Source of the DNA: Opitutia bacterium
GTDB taxonomy: Bacteria > Verrucomicrobiota > Verrucomicrobiia > Opitutales > Opitutaceae
Assembly (NCBI GenBank): GCA_947478395.1
Contig: CANJVR010000002.1
Span: 320,001 to 384,000 of the forward strand
DNA: 64,000 bases
Reading direction: 5' to 3'
Below, piece after piece: positions 18,333 to 29,124 of this stretch. A model generated the notes under the pieces. That model did no database searches, was not told where the DNA came from, and worked only from the letters and a program-made list of their open reading frames with translations. Position numbers and translations under genes: made by a program. The stretch's first letter is position 1. Every line of letters begins with the position of its first letter.

Positions 18333-19571
18333 TTACGGGTGAAACCGTTTAACAATCAACGCGGAATTTATCCCGAGCATTCCGAAGGAATTGTTAAGGA
18401 TGGTCTCCACTTTTTCAACCTTCCGCGGTTGATTTAGGACCAGGCCCGGGATTGCACACTGCGGGTCGAGATCATCGACGTTGATGCTGGGATGCACGAT
18501 CAGGTCATCGAACGACGGCAGGTTGCCCGCCAGTTCGAGCGCGCCGGCGGCACCCATGCAGTGCCCGATGAAACTCTTGGTGTTGTTAATGTAAGTATCG
18601 GGACAGCCCTCGCCAAACACCGCGCGGATCGCCTCGCATTCCTGGATGTCGCCGAGTGGCGTCGCGGTGGCGTGGGTGTTGACGATGTGGATGTCGCGGG
18701 GCGTGAGGCCAGCGCGGGAGATCGAGGCCCGCACGCATTCGGCCTGCCGGACCGGATTGGGGAGGACGTAGTCGGAAGCGTCGGAATTAACGTGGTAGCC
18801 GGCGATCTCGGCGTAGATTTTCGCGCCGCGGGCCACGGCGTCGTCGAGGCGTTCCAGTGTGTAGAGACAGCCGCCTTCGGAGATGACGATGCCGTTCCGG
18901 GCCTTGTCGAATGGGCGCGAGGCTTTCTTCGGGTCTTCGTGCGTCGCGAGTGCGTTCTGGGATTTGAAGCCCGCGAAAATTCCGAACGTGTGGATGCTTT
19001 CGCTCACGCCGCCGCAAATCGCGAAGTCCACTTCACCCAAGCGCAGCATTTGCGTGGCGTGAATGAGACCCATGTTACCGGCGGCGCAGGCGGCGCCGAT
19101 CGTGTAGGCGGGACCGGTGATACCGAGATTGAGCGAAGTTTCGCCCGCTGGGTTGTTGGCGACGGTGCGGGGATTATGGTAGTGCGACCAAAACTTCGTG
19201 TCGTAGTTAAATTTCGAGATGTTGTAGATTTCGTTCTCGGTTTCGACGTTACCATGTTCGGTGCAGCCGATGTAGATGCCGATGCGATCCTTCGGCAGCG
19301 CCTCGTAGTTTACCCCGCTGTCGGCCAGTGCTTCGCGCGCGCAGTAGATCGAGATCGAGCCGGCACGGGTGCCGACGCGGACTTCTTTTTTCTTCTGATA
19401 CTTCAGCGGGTCGTAGTGGCAGACCCCCGCGAGTTGGGAGCCCATGTAGCGAACTTCCATCCGCTCGATGCCCGCGACGCCGTTGAGCAGGTTTTGCCGG
19501 AATTCGGCCAGCGTGTTGCCGTTCGGGGCGGTGAGACCTAGTCCAGTGATGACGATGCGCGCGGGCTTCAT
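18333..19571 (-). CDS. fabF: Beta-ketoacyl-ACP synthase II (FabF family)
   Basis: IVITGLG, AACAAGN Cys, HATAT, KSFIGHCMGAAG, NNSFG. Confidence 0.85.
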   Translation of the reverse strand: MKPARIVITGLGLTAPNGNTLAEFRQNLLNGVAGIERMEVRYMGSQLAGVCHYDPLKYQKKKEVRVGTRAGSISIYCAREALADSGVNYEALPKDRIGIYIGCTEHGNVETENEIYNISKFNYDTKFWSHYHNPRTVANNPAGETSLNLGITGPAYTIGAACAAGNMGLIHATQMLRLGEVDFAICGGVSESIHTFGIFAGFKSQNALATHEDPKKASRPFDKARNGIVISEGGCLYTLERLDDAVARGAKIYAEIAGYHVNSDASDYVLPNPVRQAECVRASISRAGLTPRDIHIVNTHATATPLGDIQECEAIRAVFGEGCPDTYINNTKSFIGHCMGAAGALELAGNLPSFDDLIVHPSINVDDLDPQCAIPGLVLNQPRKVEKVETILNNSFGMLGINSALIVKRFHP

Positions 19572-19633
19572 TAAATAGGGAGCGGAAATCGCTAGCCAAC
19601 CTCCGCTCGAAAGCAATACAACGATCATTCATT

Positions 19634-20632
19634 ATGAACGTTCTTGTCGTCGGAGGAGCCGGGTATATCGGCAGTCACTGTGTCCGCCAACTGCTCGCTG
19701 CCGGCCATCAGCCGGTGGTGCTCGACAACCTGGTTTTCGGCCACCGTGCGGCCGTGCCCAAGGACGTGCCGTTTTACAGCGTCAACCTCGGTAACGAGAG
19801 CGAAGTCGGCAAGATCTTCAAGAAGGAGAAGATCGAGGTGGTCATGCATTTCGCGGCCTACGCTTATGTGGGTGAAAGCGTGACCGATCCGTTGAAGTAT
19901 TATTTCAACAACGTCGCCGCCCCACTCCATCTCCTCCGCTGCATGCTGGGCTTTGGCGTGAAGAAATTTGTACTCTCGTCCACGTGTGCGACCTACGGCG
20001 TGCCGTCCGCGATGCCGATCGTCGAAACGACGCCGCAGGTGCCGATCAATCCCTACGGCCAGACCAAACTCGATCTCGAGAACGCGCTCAAGGCGCTCGC
20101 GCATGCGCACGGTTTCAGCTTTGCCGCTTTTCGCTACTTCAACGCTGCGGGCGCCGCCGAAGACGGAACCATCGGCGAGGACCACGCGCCCGAGATGCAC
20201 CTCATTCCGGGTGCGATCGGCGCGGCGACGGGCCAGCGCCCTGCCCTGCAAGTTTTTGGGACCGACTACCCGACGCCCGACGGCACGTGCCTTCGCGACT
20301 ATGTGCACGTCGACGACATCAGCCGCGCTCACATCGCCGTCTTCAAACAGCTCGAGCAACCTGGAGCCGCTCATTTCTACAACCTTGGCACTGGCAAACC
20401 GACGTCGGTCTTGGAAGTGATCCGTGCGATCGAAAAGGTGACCGGAAAAACGGTGCCCTACACGACCGCCCCGCGGCGGGCCGGCGATCCGCCCGCGCTT
20501 TACGCGGACTCCACCAAGGCAAAGACAGAACTCGGCTGGGAAACCAAATTCAACGACATCGAGTCCATCGTGGCCTCGGCTTGGAAATGGCATTCCGCGC
20601 ACCCGAAGGGTTATGATGACCGGAAAAAATAA
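19634..20632 (+). CDS. galE: UDP-glucose 4-epimerase
   Basis: GGAGYIGSH, HFAA, YGQTK, RYFNAAGA, DGTCLRDYVHV. Confidence 0.95.
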   Translation: MNVLVVGGAGYIGSHCVRQLLAAGHQPVVLDNLVFGHRAAVPKDVPFYSVNLGNESEVGKIFKKEKIEVVMHFAAYAYVGESVTDPLKYYFNNVAAPLHLLRCMLGFGVKKFVLSSTCATYGVPSAMPIVETTPQVPINPYGQTKLDLENALKALAHAHGFSFAAFRYFNAAGAAEDGTIGEDHAPEMHLIPGAIGAATGQRPALQVFGTDYPTPDGTCLRDYVHVDDISRAHIAVFKQLEQPGAAHFYNLGTGKPTSVLEVIRAIEKVTGKTVPYTTAPRRAGDPPALYADSTKAKTELGWETKFNDIESIVASAWKWHSAHPKGYDDRKK

Positions 20633-20741
20633 TTCTTCGCTGATTTGAGATCAGGATCACGATTCTTTCAATCGGCCCACGCGGGGTCCGACTGCCTCGA
20701 TCTTCGGGATTCGTTCGGAAGCTGACCGCAATCTGGCGCGC

Positions 20742-21027
20742 TCCGCGATTTTCGCCCGATGCCTAGAGCGGTTTAAGCGAATACTTAGACGCTCAGGTTG
20801 TAGCGGCGGGCGTCCCTGCCGGCCGAAGCGAGGACGCCGACGGCGGCAGGCAGAGACGCCTGCCGCTACGTAAAACGGCCACGTTCCGCTATTTTCGCCC
20901 GATGCCTAGAGCGGTTTAAGCGAATACTTAGACGCTCAGGTTGCAGCGGCGGGCGTCCCTGCCGGCCGAAGCGAGCACGCCGACGGCAGCAGGCAGAGAC
21001 GCCTGCCGCTACGCAAAACGGCCACGT
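20742..21027. repeat. Tandem duplication of a 143-bp unit containing a GTAG REP inverted pair
   Basis: Units 20742-20884 and 20885-21027 are near-identical; each has GTAGCGGCGGGCGTCCCTGCC...GGCAGAGACGCCTGCCGCTAC plus a GAGCGGTTTAAG/CTTAGACGCTC hairpin. Confidence 0.9.
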
Positions 21028-21060
21028 GCCGCTGGCCCAGTCGTAGCGGCGGACCCAGCC

Positions 21061-21498
21061 TTATTTCGCTATTTTGACGATGAGGTAGAGAAACGTGCCG
21101 TTCACTTCGCTGAACCAATGCGGGACGCCGCTGGGAATGACGATGATGTCGCCCTTCGTCAGCTTGTGCGCCACGCCACCGATAATTTTATCCCCGCGGA
21201 TTTCGCCGACCGCCGTCGTTTTTGGGTTCTCGATGGTTCCACCGGTGATGAAGGTCGCGGTGCCCTCGGTGACGTAAAGGATGTCCGTGTCGTGCTCGTG
21301 CTGTTCGACCGTCCCGGGCATCACACGATGACCGCCTTGAATTTTGTAGCTCGTGTTGATGAGCATCGGGAGGCCTTTGGCGAAGGCATCGTCGACCTGA
21401 GCATGGCTGAGCAGGACGGGTTCCTTCGGCGGGGCGTCGACCGCCACGGCGCGGGACAGGAGCGCGAGGGAGAAAAGTAAGAGCTTGGGGGTTTTCAT
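21061..21498 (-). CDS. Secreted cupin domain protein
   Basis: Signal peptide; EQHEHDTDILYVTEG and GDIIVIPSGVPHWF cupin motifs. Confidence 0.85.
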   Translation of the reverse strand: MKTPKLLLFSLALLSRAVAVDAPPKEPVLLSHAQVDDAFAKGLPMLINTSYKIQGGHRVMPGTVEQHEHDTDILYVTEGTATFITGGTIENPKTTAVGEIRGDKIIGGVAHKLTKGDIIVIPSGVPHWFSEVNGTFLYLIVKIAK

Positions 21499-21538
21499 AT
21501 GGGGTAAGGAAGTGGACACCAGAGTGACGACGATTTTT

Positions 21539-22330
21539 TTATTTTCCACCCGGACCGTAGCCGGCGGCGGGTTGGCCATCATCCTTTAATTTACCGCACG
21601 CCCACAACAGACCGCGGGTGACGAGATCGAGATACGCTGGCGTGGACATCGTTTCATTAGTGTGACCGAGCGTCGTGACGAACGAGCGGCCTTTGCCATA
21701 GGTGTTGGTCCAGATCACGACGTGCTCCTGCTTTGTTTCCTGGCCGTAGGATTTCGCCATGGGCACGACGGACGGCCACGTCTTCTCGATTTTGTAGAGT
21801 TCATCCTGCGCGTCGGCCCACGTCTCGGGAAATCCTTGCATCACTGAGCTGCCGGTTCCGAGTGATTTGATCACAATATCCCGCCTGGTCTCGTGGCTCA
21901 TCGAGCGCTGGCCGATCACCTGACGCCATTCGTCCGTCGGCGCGTTACGGAAGCTGTGCACCGAGGCATGTAAAATGACGGCGGGCAGTCCGGCGCGGTG
22001 CGGAGCGGCGACGCGTTCGACGAACTCCTTGTCGTCGACCAGGCCGAAGCATTCGTTGTGCACAATCACATCGTAGCCTTTGGCCCAGTCGGCTTTTTCG
22101 TAGATGCTCATGCGGTGCTCGCGCGTGTCGCCTTCCTGCACGACGGTGAACTCGACGTTGGCGCGGGCCGAGATGCCCTCGGCTAGAATCTTCTTTTGCG
22201 CGGTGTAATCGTGGAACCCACCACCCGTCACGAGCAGAACTTTCAGCGGCTTGATTTTCTCGGCGGCGCCGAGGAACCCGGCGGAGAGCGCGATCCCGAG
22301 AAGCCAGGGGAGAAACCGGATTTTTTTCAC
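21539..22330 (-). CDS. ThuA-like domain protein (secreted)
   Basis: GTG start; LLVTGGGFHDY, DELY, YGKGRSFVTTLGH. Confidence 0.85.
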   Translation of the reverse strand: MKKIRFLPWLLGIALSAGFLGAAEKIKPLKVLLVTGGGFHDYTAQKKILAEGISARANVEFTVVQEGDTREHRMSIYEKADWAKGYDVIVHNECFGLVDDKEFVERVAAPHRAGLPAVILHASVHSFRNAPTDEWRQVIGQRSMSHETRRDIVIKSLGTGSSVMQGFPETWADAQDELYKIEKTWPSVVPMAKSYGQETKQEHVVIWTNTYGKGRSFVTTLGHTNETMSTPAYLDLVTRGLLWACGKLKDDGQPAAGYGPGGK

Positions 22331-22353
22331 GGAGGGTCGAAGTGGAGCGACGT

Positions 22354-23352
22354 TTACTTGGCTGCGGCCGGGGCGGGAGCTGGCCCGGGCACGGGCGCGA
22401 CGGCCGCCCGGGGCCCCGGGAATTTCGGGAGGGCATTCGCCTGCGGAGCGAATTGGGCCAGGTTGGGTGTCACGTCCGCCTCGACGCGGCCCAACGCCCA
22501 GTTCAAGCCGCCGACGAGCACCGATTGAAAAACCGGATTGGCCCACACATCGATCCGGTGACCCATGCTCGTGTAAAACACCCGGCCTTTGCCCTGCATC
22601 CGGGCCCACGTCGAGGGATAGGCCGCACGCGCGTAGGACGGGCCTTTCATCCCGGACGTGTCGTGAACGAGCAGGACGTGCAGGTCGGAGGGAAAATTCT
22701 TCAATGAATACCATTCCTCTTCCGGGCCGAAGTCGGTCGGCACGGCGCTCATCCCGGGAAATTTGGCGTCGGCGATGATGAATTTCGTTGGTTGCTGCGC
22801 GTCGTGCTTGATGAACTCGCCGCCCAACATCCGGACGTATGGGTCGGCTTTGTCGCCGTCGGTTATGTAACGCGCGGGTGTGCTGTCATCGCGGCCGTCC
22901 GGCGAATGAAACGTGTCGGCCGCGCTGTGGACGCCGATGAATCCCTTGCCCATTTCGATCGCCTTCAGGAACGCCGCCTTGCCCTCGGGGGACATCGGCG
23001 GGTTGCCGTCGCCGGCTTGGGCGGTGTTTTTCGCCAGCGTGAGATCGCCGGTCGAGTAAAAGAGAAAGGCATCGAACTGCGCGAGGTAGGCCGGCGTGAA
23101 GAGACTGCCGTCTTTCGAGACCGTGAATTCGATGTTATTTTTTTCGCCCAGTTCCTTAAGGACCGGGAGGGCGTAGCCGGGTTGGCCGTTGCGCATGGCG
23201 ACCTTCACGGCGTCGTGCTCGTAACCCGACGATTTCGTGAAGACCAAAACTTTTTTCGGGGCCGGGGTGGACGCGGCGCGAACGGCGGAGGCGAACGTCA
23301 GCGCGGCGCCGAGGCTGCAAACGAGGAGGAGGCGGAATGGGGCAGTTTTCAT
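22354..23352 (-). CDS. ThuA-like domain protein (secreted)
   Basis: VLVFTKSSGYEH, GKGFIGVHSAADT, EEWY, GKGRVFYTSMGH. Confidence 0.9.
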   Translation of the reverse strand: MKTAPFRLLLVCSLGAALTFASAVRAASTPAPKKVLVFTKSSGYEHDAVKVAMRNGQPGYALPVLKELGEKNNIEFTVSKDGSLFTPAYLAQFDAFLFYSTGDLTLAKNTAQAGDGNPPMSPEGKAAFLKAIEMGKGFIGVHSAADTFHSPDGRDDSTPARYITDGDKADPYVRMLGGEFIKHDAQQPTKFIIADAKFPGMSAVPTDFGPEEEWYSLKNFPSDLHVLLVHDTSGMKGPSYARAAYPSTWARMQGKGRVFYTSMGHRIDVWANPVFQSVLVGGLNWALGRVEADVTPNLAQFAPQANALPKFPGPRAAVAPVPGPAPAPAAAK

Positions 23353-23501
23353 GGGGTAAAGATGGCTGAGAATATCTTTAGAAGCGACGAGAGGCCGGAG
23401 GCGGAAATGCGCCCGCCCCGCCCGTTTGGGCCTCCGCTTTGGGGCGGATTTTTCCGGGTTACCCGCTGGCTAGAGGCGAGGCGTTGTTTTGGGGTGCGCG
23501 G

Positions 23502-24998
<1,497 letters not shown>

Positions 24999-25078
24999 GT
25001 GCTATCGGAACGAAGACGAACTCGCAGAACCTAACGAAGACGCTGGCGATTTCCGTCAGTCCGCTTTGTTTAATTTGC

Positions 25079-25885
25079 ATGCTAAGGTGGTCAATAAACT
25101 TGTTCCGCATTCGGGGCATCCAACTCGCGTTGCACGGCAGCTTTCTCCTTCTCCTCGCCTACTCGGCGTGGGAAGGCTGGCAGGATTCCGGTATGCAAGG
25201 CATGGCGTGGAGCACGGTCATCCTACTGGCGTTTTTTACCTGCGTGGTGCTGCACGAACTGGGGCATTCGTTCGCGGCCATGCATTTCGGAGTCGGTGTG
25301 CGTCGTATTTTATTGATGCCCATTGGCGGCATGGCCGAATTCAGTGCGATCCCGCGTGAGCCGGGCCGCGAGTTCCTGATCACGATCGCCGGGCCGGCCG
25401 TGAATTTCGTAATCGTCGGTATTCTTTGGCTGTGGGTCGGGCTACCGGACGTCTGGTTCAGCGCCGATTATCCGGCCGGCCTCACCGATTTCCTTCATGT
25501 GCTGCTACGGTGGAATTTGACCATGGGCATTTTCAACCTCGCGCCGGTGTTCCCGATGGATGGTGGACGGATTTTGCGCGCGGTGCTCGCGACGTGGCTG
25601 CCGTATCTCCGCGCCACGTTCTGGGCGGCGACGATCGGGAAGATTCTGGCCGCAATTGCGGCCGTGACGGTGGTGTGGCTTTTAGATGCCTACATGCTCG
25701 GTGCGCTTTTTGCGTTCATCTACTTTGCCGCCGACCTGGAGTACAAATCGGCGCAGCAGCGGGAAATGCAGGATGAACAATGGCGCCAGAGTTGGGCGGG
25801 CTTCGGAGCCTCGCCGCTGATCGCGGAGCCTCCTTTGCTGAGTTCGTTTGCGGAGCCAGCCCCGCCCGGAAACGGTCCGGCTTGA
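25079..25885 (+). CDS. Site-2 protease (peptidase M50)
   Basis: HELGH, AGPAVN, NLAPVFPMDGG. Confidence 0.95.
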   Translation: MLRWSINLFRIRGIQLALHGSFLLLLAYSAWEGWQDSGMQGMAWSTVILLAFFTCVVLHELGHSFAAMHFGVGVRRILLMPIGGMAEFSAIPREPGREFLITIAGPAVNFVIVGILWLWVGLPDVWFSADYPAGLTDFLHVLLRWNLTMGIFNLAPVFPMDGGRILRAVLATWLPYLRATFWAATIGKILAAIAAVTVVWLLDAYMLGALFAFIYFAADLEYKSAQQREMQDEQWRQSWAGFGASPLIAEPPLLSSFAEPAPPGNGPA

Positions 25886-25945
25886 AAAAACTCCTTGCGT
25901 TCGCCGGCGGAATTTTGATTTTCCTCGCCCCTCGCGCAAGCGAAT

Positions 25946-26021
25946 GGGCTCTTAGCTCAGTTGGTAGAGCGCCTCAATGGCATTGAGGAGGTCAGCGGTT
26001 CAAGCCCGCTAGGGTCCACCA
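25946..26021 (+). tRNA. tRNA-Ala(GGC)
   Basis: Full cloverleaf; anticodon arm CCTCA-ATGGCAT-TGAGG; G3:U70 pair; encoded CCA. Confidence 0.97.
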
Positions 26022-26025
26022 TTTT

Positions 26026-26072
26026 AAAAACGCCGCAGGGCCAACCGAGACGGTTGGCCCTGCGGCGTTTTT
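26026..26072. terminator. Bidirectional intrinsic terminator
   Basis: AAAAACGCCGCAGGGCCAACCG-AGA-CGGTTGGCCCTGCGGCGTTTTT between the convergent tRNA and tolA-like gene. Confidence 0.9.
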
Positions 26073-26138
26073 CAGTTTTGGGTTTCGAGTTGTCGGAAAT
26101 CGGAGGGGGATGTCGGGCAAAACACCGATCGCTCCTGC

Positions 26139-27047
26139 TCAGTTCGCGTCTTCGTCGCGCATTTTGAAATCGAGTTTCACCTCGTCGCCTTTGCCGTCCG
26201 GACGTTTCCCGATCGATTCGGTTTTTCGAATGGCGTCCATGACCGACCGGTCAAATTCGGCATTACGCGAAGATTTCACGATGCGGGGCCGTGAAATAGC
26301 GCCGTCGGCCGAAACGAAGAACGCCACGGTTGCCGTGAGCGTGTCGCTCACGCCCGGAGGCTTTTCGTGGTTTTCCTTCAGGCGTGCCTTCAACAGGGCA
26401 AAATAGGACTCGTTCAGGTCCATTTCTTCCCGCGTCAGCGCTTTGCCACCGGCGCCACCGACTTTGTTTTCTTGCGAGCCACCGATGACGCCTTGGCGAA
26501 TGCCTGCGGCGTCGATGTGTTTGATCTTCGCTGCCGCTTCCTCGGCCTTCTGGCGGCGCAAGGCTTCGGCCGCCAATTTTTGCTTATACTGCGCTTCCAG
26601 CCGGGTGGCGCGTTTTGTGGCGATGCGTTTGACGTCAGCGGCGAAATCCGGGGCCTTTTCAGGTTTGGCCGGCGCTGTCGCGGACGGTGTGGTCGGGGCC
26701 GGCGGTTTCGGCACCGGCGCGGGCGCGGGTACGGGCTTAGGCGGCGGGGGTTCTTCGATTGGGGCGGCTACGATCGGCGAAGCCTCGGGCGCCGGCGGCA
26801 CGGGTTCCACCACCGGCGGCGCAGGCTTGGGTGGATCGGGAATACTGACTTTAATACCGTCTGGCGTTCCAAGGGCGGCCGCGACCGTCGCCGCGTAATT
26901 ATTGCCTGGACCCGCCACCAGTTCGAAAATTTTGGCCTGATCTTTGACGGGTTCCATCGCGACGTAGCCACCGAGGAAAATCAACGCGACGATCACGGCG
27001 TGCATCAGCGCCGAGAGGATAAAAGCGTTTCGCGTGCGATCGGACAT
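26139..27047 (-). CDS. TolA/TonB-like energy transducer
   Basis: TM anchor with S-x3-H, Pro-rich linker, C-terminal SSRNAEFDRSVMDAI. Confidence 0.85.
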   Translation of the reverse strand: MSDRTRNAFILSALMHAVIVALIFLGGYVAMEPVKDQAKIFELVAGPGNNYAATVAAALGTPDGIKVSIPDPPKPAPPVVEPVPPAPEASPIVAAPIEEPPPPKPVPAPAPVPKPPAPTTPSATAPAKPEKAPDFAADVKRIATKRATRLEAQYKQKLAAEALRRQKAEEAAAKIKHIDAAGIRQGVIGGSQENKVGGAGGKALTREEMDLNESYFALLKARLKENHEKPPGVSDTLTATVAFFVSADGAISRPRIVKSSRNAEFDRSVMDAIRKTESIGKRPDGKGDEVKLDFKMRDEDAN

Positions 27048-27076
27048 TGCGGAAAAGTGCGCTCGCGTCGGTCAGA

Positions 27077-27511
27077 TCACCCACCGGTCTGCGTGTCCAA
27101 TGTGAATTTCAGCAGGTTGGCCCGTTTCAGTTCGTCGGTGAGTTGTACGATGCGTTTGTAGGAAACGTCGCCGTCGCCCCGGACCCGCATAATGGGCGGT
27201 TTGGCCTCGGTCGCGTAAGCGCGGAGACGGGTCCTCAGCTCGGGCACCGTGAGCGGCGTGGGCTTCCCATCGAGGAAGAAATTACCCTTCGCATCCACGG
27301 CGATGGCGACGAAACGAACGTCCTTGTCGGGCTTCTCCTGCGGGCTCTTTGATTCGACCGGCAGGTTAACTGGAATCGTCTGCTCGTTCTTGATGACCGA
27401 TGCCGCGACCATGAAAATAATCAGCAGCATGAACCCGAGATCGATCAGGTTGGTCACGTTCAGCTCCGCGATCGGATGGGTAGCGTGTTTCCGGCGGAAG
27501 GTGCGAGCCAT
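27077..27511 (-). CDS. exbD: ExbD/TolR biopolymer transport protein
   Basis: ELNVTNLIDLGFMLLIIFMV; RGD...Y. Confidence 0.9.
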   Translation of the reverse strand: MARTFRRKHATHPIAELNVTNLIDLGFMLLIIFMVAASVIKNEQTIPVNLPVESKSPQEKPDKDVRFVAIAVDAKGNFFLDGKPTPLTVPELRTRLRAYATEAKPPIMRVRGDGDVSYKRIVQLTDELKRANLLKFTLDTQTGG

Positions 27512-27525
27512 GGCGTGTGCTCCCG

Positions 27526-28230
27526 TTAAATGCTTTCCAACTCGATACGGTCAGCGAGTGAACTCGCGTAATTTTCGAGGTCGGTGACCATTTCGCGCGT
27601 GTGGCCGAGCAGCAGATTGTACCCGAAGACGGATGGAATCGCGACGACCAGACCAGCGATCGTGGCGAGCATCGCACCCGAAACGCCGGGGGCGAGTTCC
27701 TGGATGCCAGCCGTCTGCTGAACTGCGATGGAGCTGAAGGCTTCCATCACGCCCCAGACTGTACCCAGCAGGCCGATAAACGGTGCGCCGGATACGATCG
27801 AAGCCAGGAAAATCATGCTGGATTCGTAGCGGAGCGTCTGTCGGGCGAGCGCGCGTTGGAGCGCATTTTCCGCGTGCTCGAGGCTGGCGCGCGAATTGAC
27901 CGCCCCGCGCTCTTTGCCAATCGCGGCGGCCCGCCAGTAACTCTCCACGGCGTCGGCGAAAAGATCCGCGTACGGAATCGCGCGCTTGTTGCGAAACGAC
28001 TCAGGCAGGTCGAGCAGCGTGCGCTGGTCGCGCAGGTGGGCGTCGAAGCTCTGGTTTAGTAGTCGCAGGCGCTTTAGTTCGAAATATTTCCCCAGCATCA
28101 CCGTCCAGGCGACGAGACTAAAAACCGAGAGGCCGAGGACGATGACCTTGTCGACATTGTCGCAGCGATTGAAGACGTCGATGATGCTGGTCGATGCCAA
28201 CACAGGAGAAGGAAAGGACGGCACAAGCAT
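27526..28230 (-). CDS. exbB: MotA/TolQ/ExbB proton channel protein
   Basis: APFIGLLGTVWGVM, LAPGVSGAMLATIAGLVVAIPS. Confidence 0.9.
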   Translation of the reverse strand: MLVPSFPSPVLASTSIIDVFNRCDNVDKVIVLGLSVFSLVAWTVMLGKYFELKRLRLLNQSFDAHLRDQRTLLDLPESFRNKRAIPYADLFADAVESYWRAAAIGKERGAVNSRASLEHAENALQRALARQTLRYESSMIFLASIVSGAPFIGLLGTVWGVMEAFSSIAVQQTAGIQELAPGVSGAMLATIAGLVVAIPSVFGYNLLLGHTREMVTDLENYASSLADRIELESI

Positions 28231-28419
28231 GATGATGGGCGCAAGAGTTGGCGGCTTTGACGGGCGCATTCAACGGAAATTCCCACAAAGATATTCATGG
28301 TCCGCGCGATTCTGTTTGCCGCGGACAAACCGCGATTTTTTGCTGCGCTCCGATCCCGTTCGCTGCCGCAGCACGAAACCCTCCTCGCTAACGACGACGA
28401 ACGCGGCTCCACTTTTCCC

Positions 28420-29067
28420 ATGCCGCACAACCAAAAACCTCTAGGCAAACTGCTCTCGTTCGAAGGCTCCGAAGGCTCCGGCAAGTCCACGCAGATTTCT
28501 CGCCTTGCGGCCCATTTCCAGAAGGCCGGTCGCGACGTGGTTACGGTCCGCGAGCCCGGCGGCACCGAGATTGGCGAGCAAATCCGCAATATTATTGTCC
28601 ACAATTCGAAGGGCGACGAGATGTGCGCGGAGACCGAGCTGCTGCTCTTCGCCGCCGCCCGGGCCCAACTTGTACGGGAGATCATCGCCCCCGCCCTGAT
28701 CGCGGGCAAAATTGTGCTGAGCGATCGCTTCCTCGACTCTTCGACGGTGTACCAAGGGATCGCGCGCAACTTGGCCGCCGACCCCGTGGCGCAAATCAAC
28801 CGCTTCGCCGTTGGCGACGTGATGCCGAGCCTGACCGTCGTGATCGACGTGCCCACCGAGGTGAGCCTCGCCCGACTTAAGCAGCGCGCCACCGATTTGC
28901 CGGATCGCATGGAGCGCGAGAACCTCGATTTCTATACGAAGGTCCGCGAAGGCTACCTGGTTCTGGCCAAAAGCATGCCGGAACGTTTCATCGTCGTCGA
29001 CGGCACCAAATCAGAGGACGCCGTGGAAAAGAAAATCTGGGCTGAGGTGCAGGCGCGGCTCAGCTGA
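28420..29067 (+). CDS. tmk: Thymidylate kinase
   Basis: FEGSEGSGKSTQ, REPGGT, DRF..S...YQG. Confidence 0.95.
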   Translation: MPHNQKPLGKLLSFEGSEGSGKSTQISRLAAHFQKAGRDVVTVREPGGTEIGEQIRNIIVHNSKGDEMCAETELLLFAAARAQLVREIIAPALIAGKIVLSDRFLDSSTVYQGIARNLAADPVAQINRFAVGDVMPSLTVVIDVPTEVSLARLKQRATDLPDRMERENLDFYTKVREGYLVLAKSMPERFIVVDGTKSEDAVEKKIWAEVQARLS

Positions 29068-29124
29068 TTAATTTCCGGCAGCGCAGGCCACCGCACTTCC
29101 CTTTCCCGATCACGCTCATTCCCG

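Noticed and set aside
19625..20602. Long antisense/alternate-frame ORFs (also 18492-19541, 23763-25034, 30944-32275, 41096-42199, 53650-54777, 59872-61068)
   Set aside because: Shadows of well-supported genes in high-GC DNA; no recognisable motifs.
20742..21027. 143-bp repeat as a CRISPR array
   Set aside because: Whole units are duplicated with no unique spacers; the architecture is REP-like.
25946..26138. tRNA-Ala as an island integration site
   Set aside because: No integrase, no duplicated tRNA 3' end seen, and the flanking genes are core.
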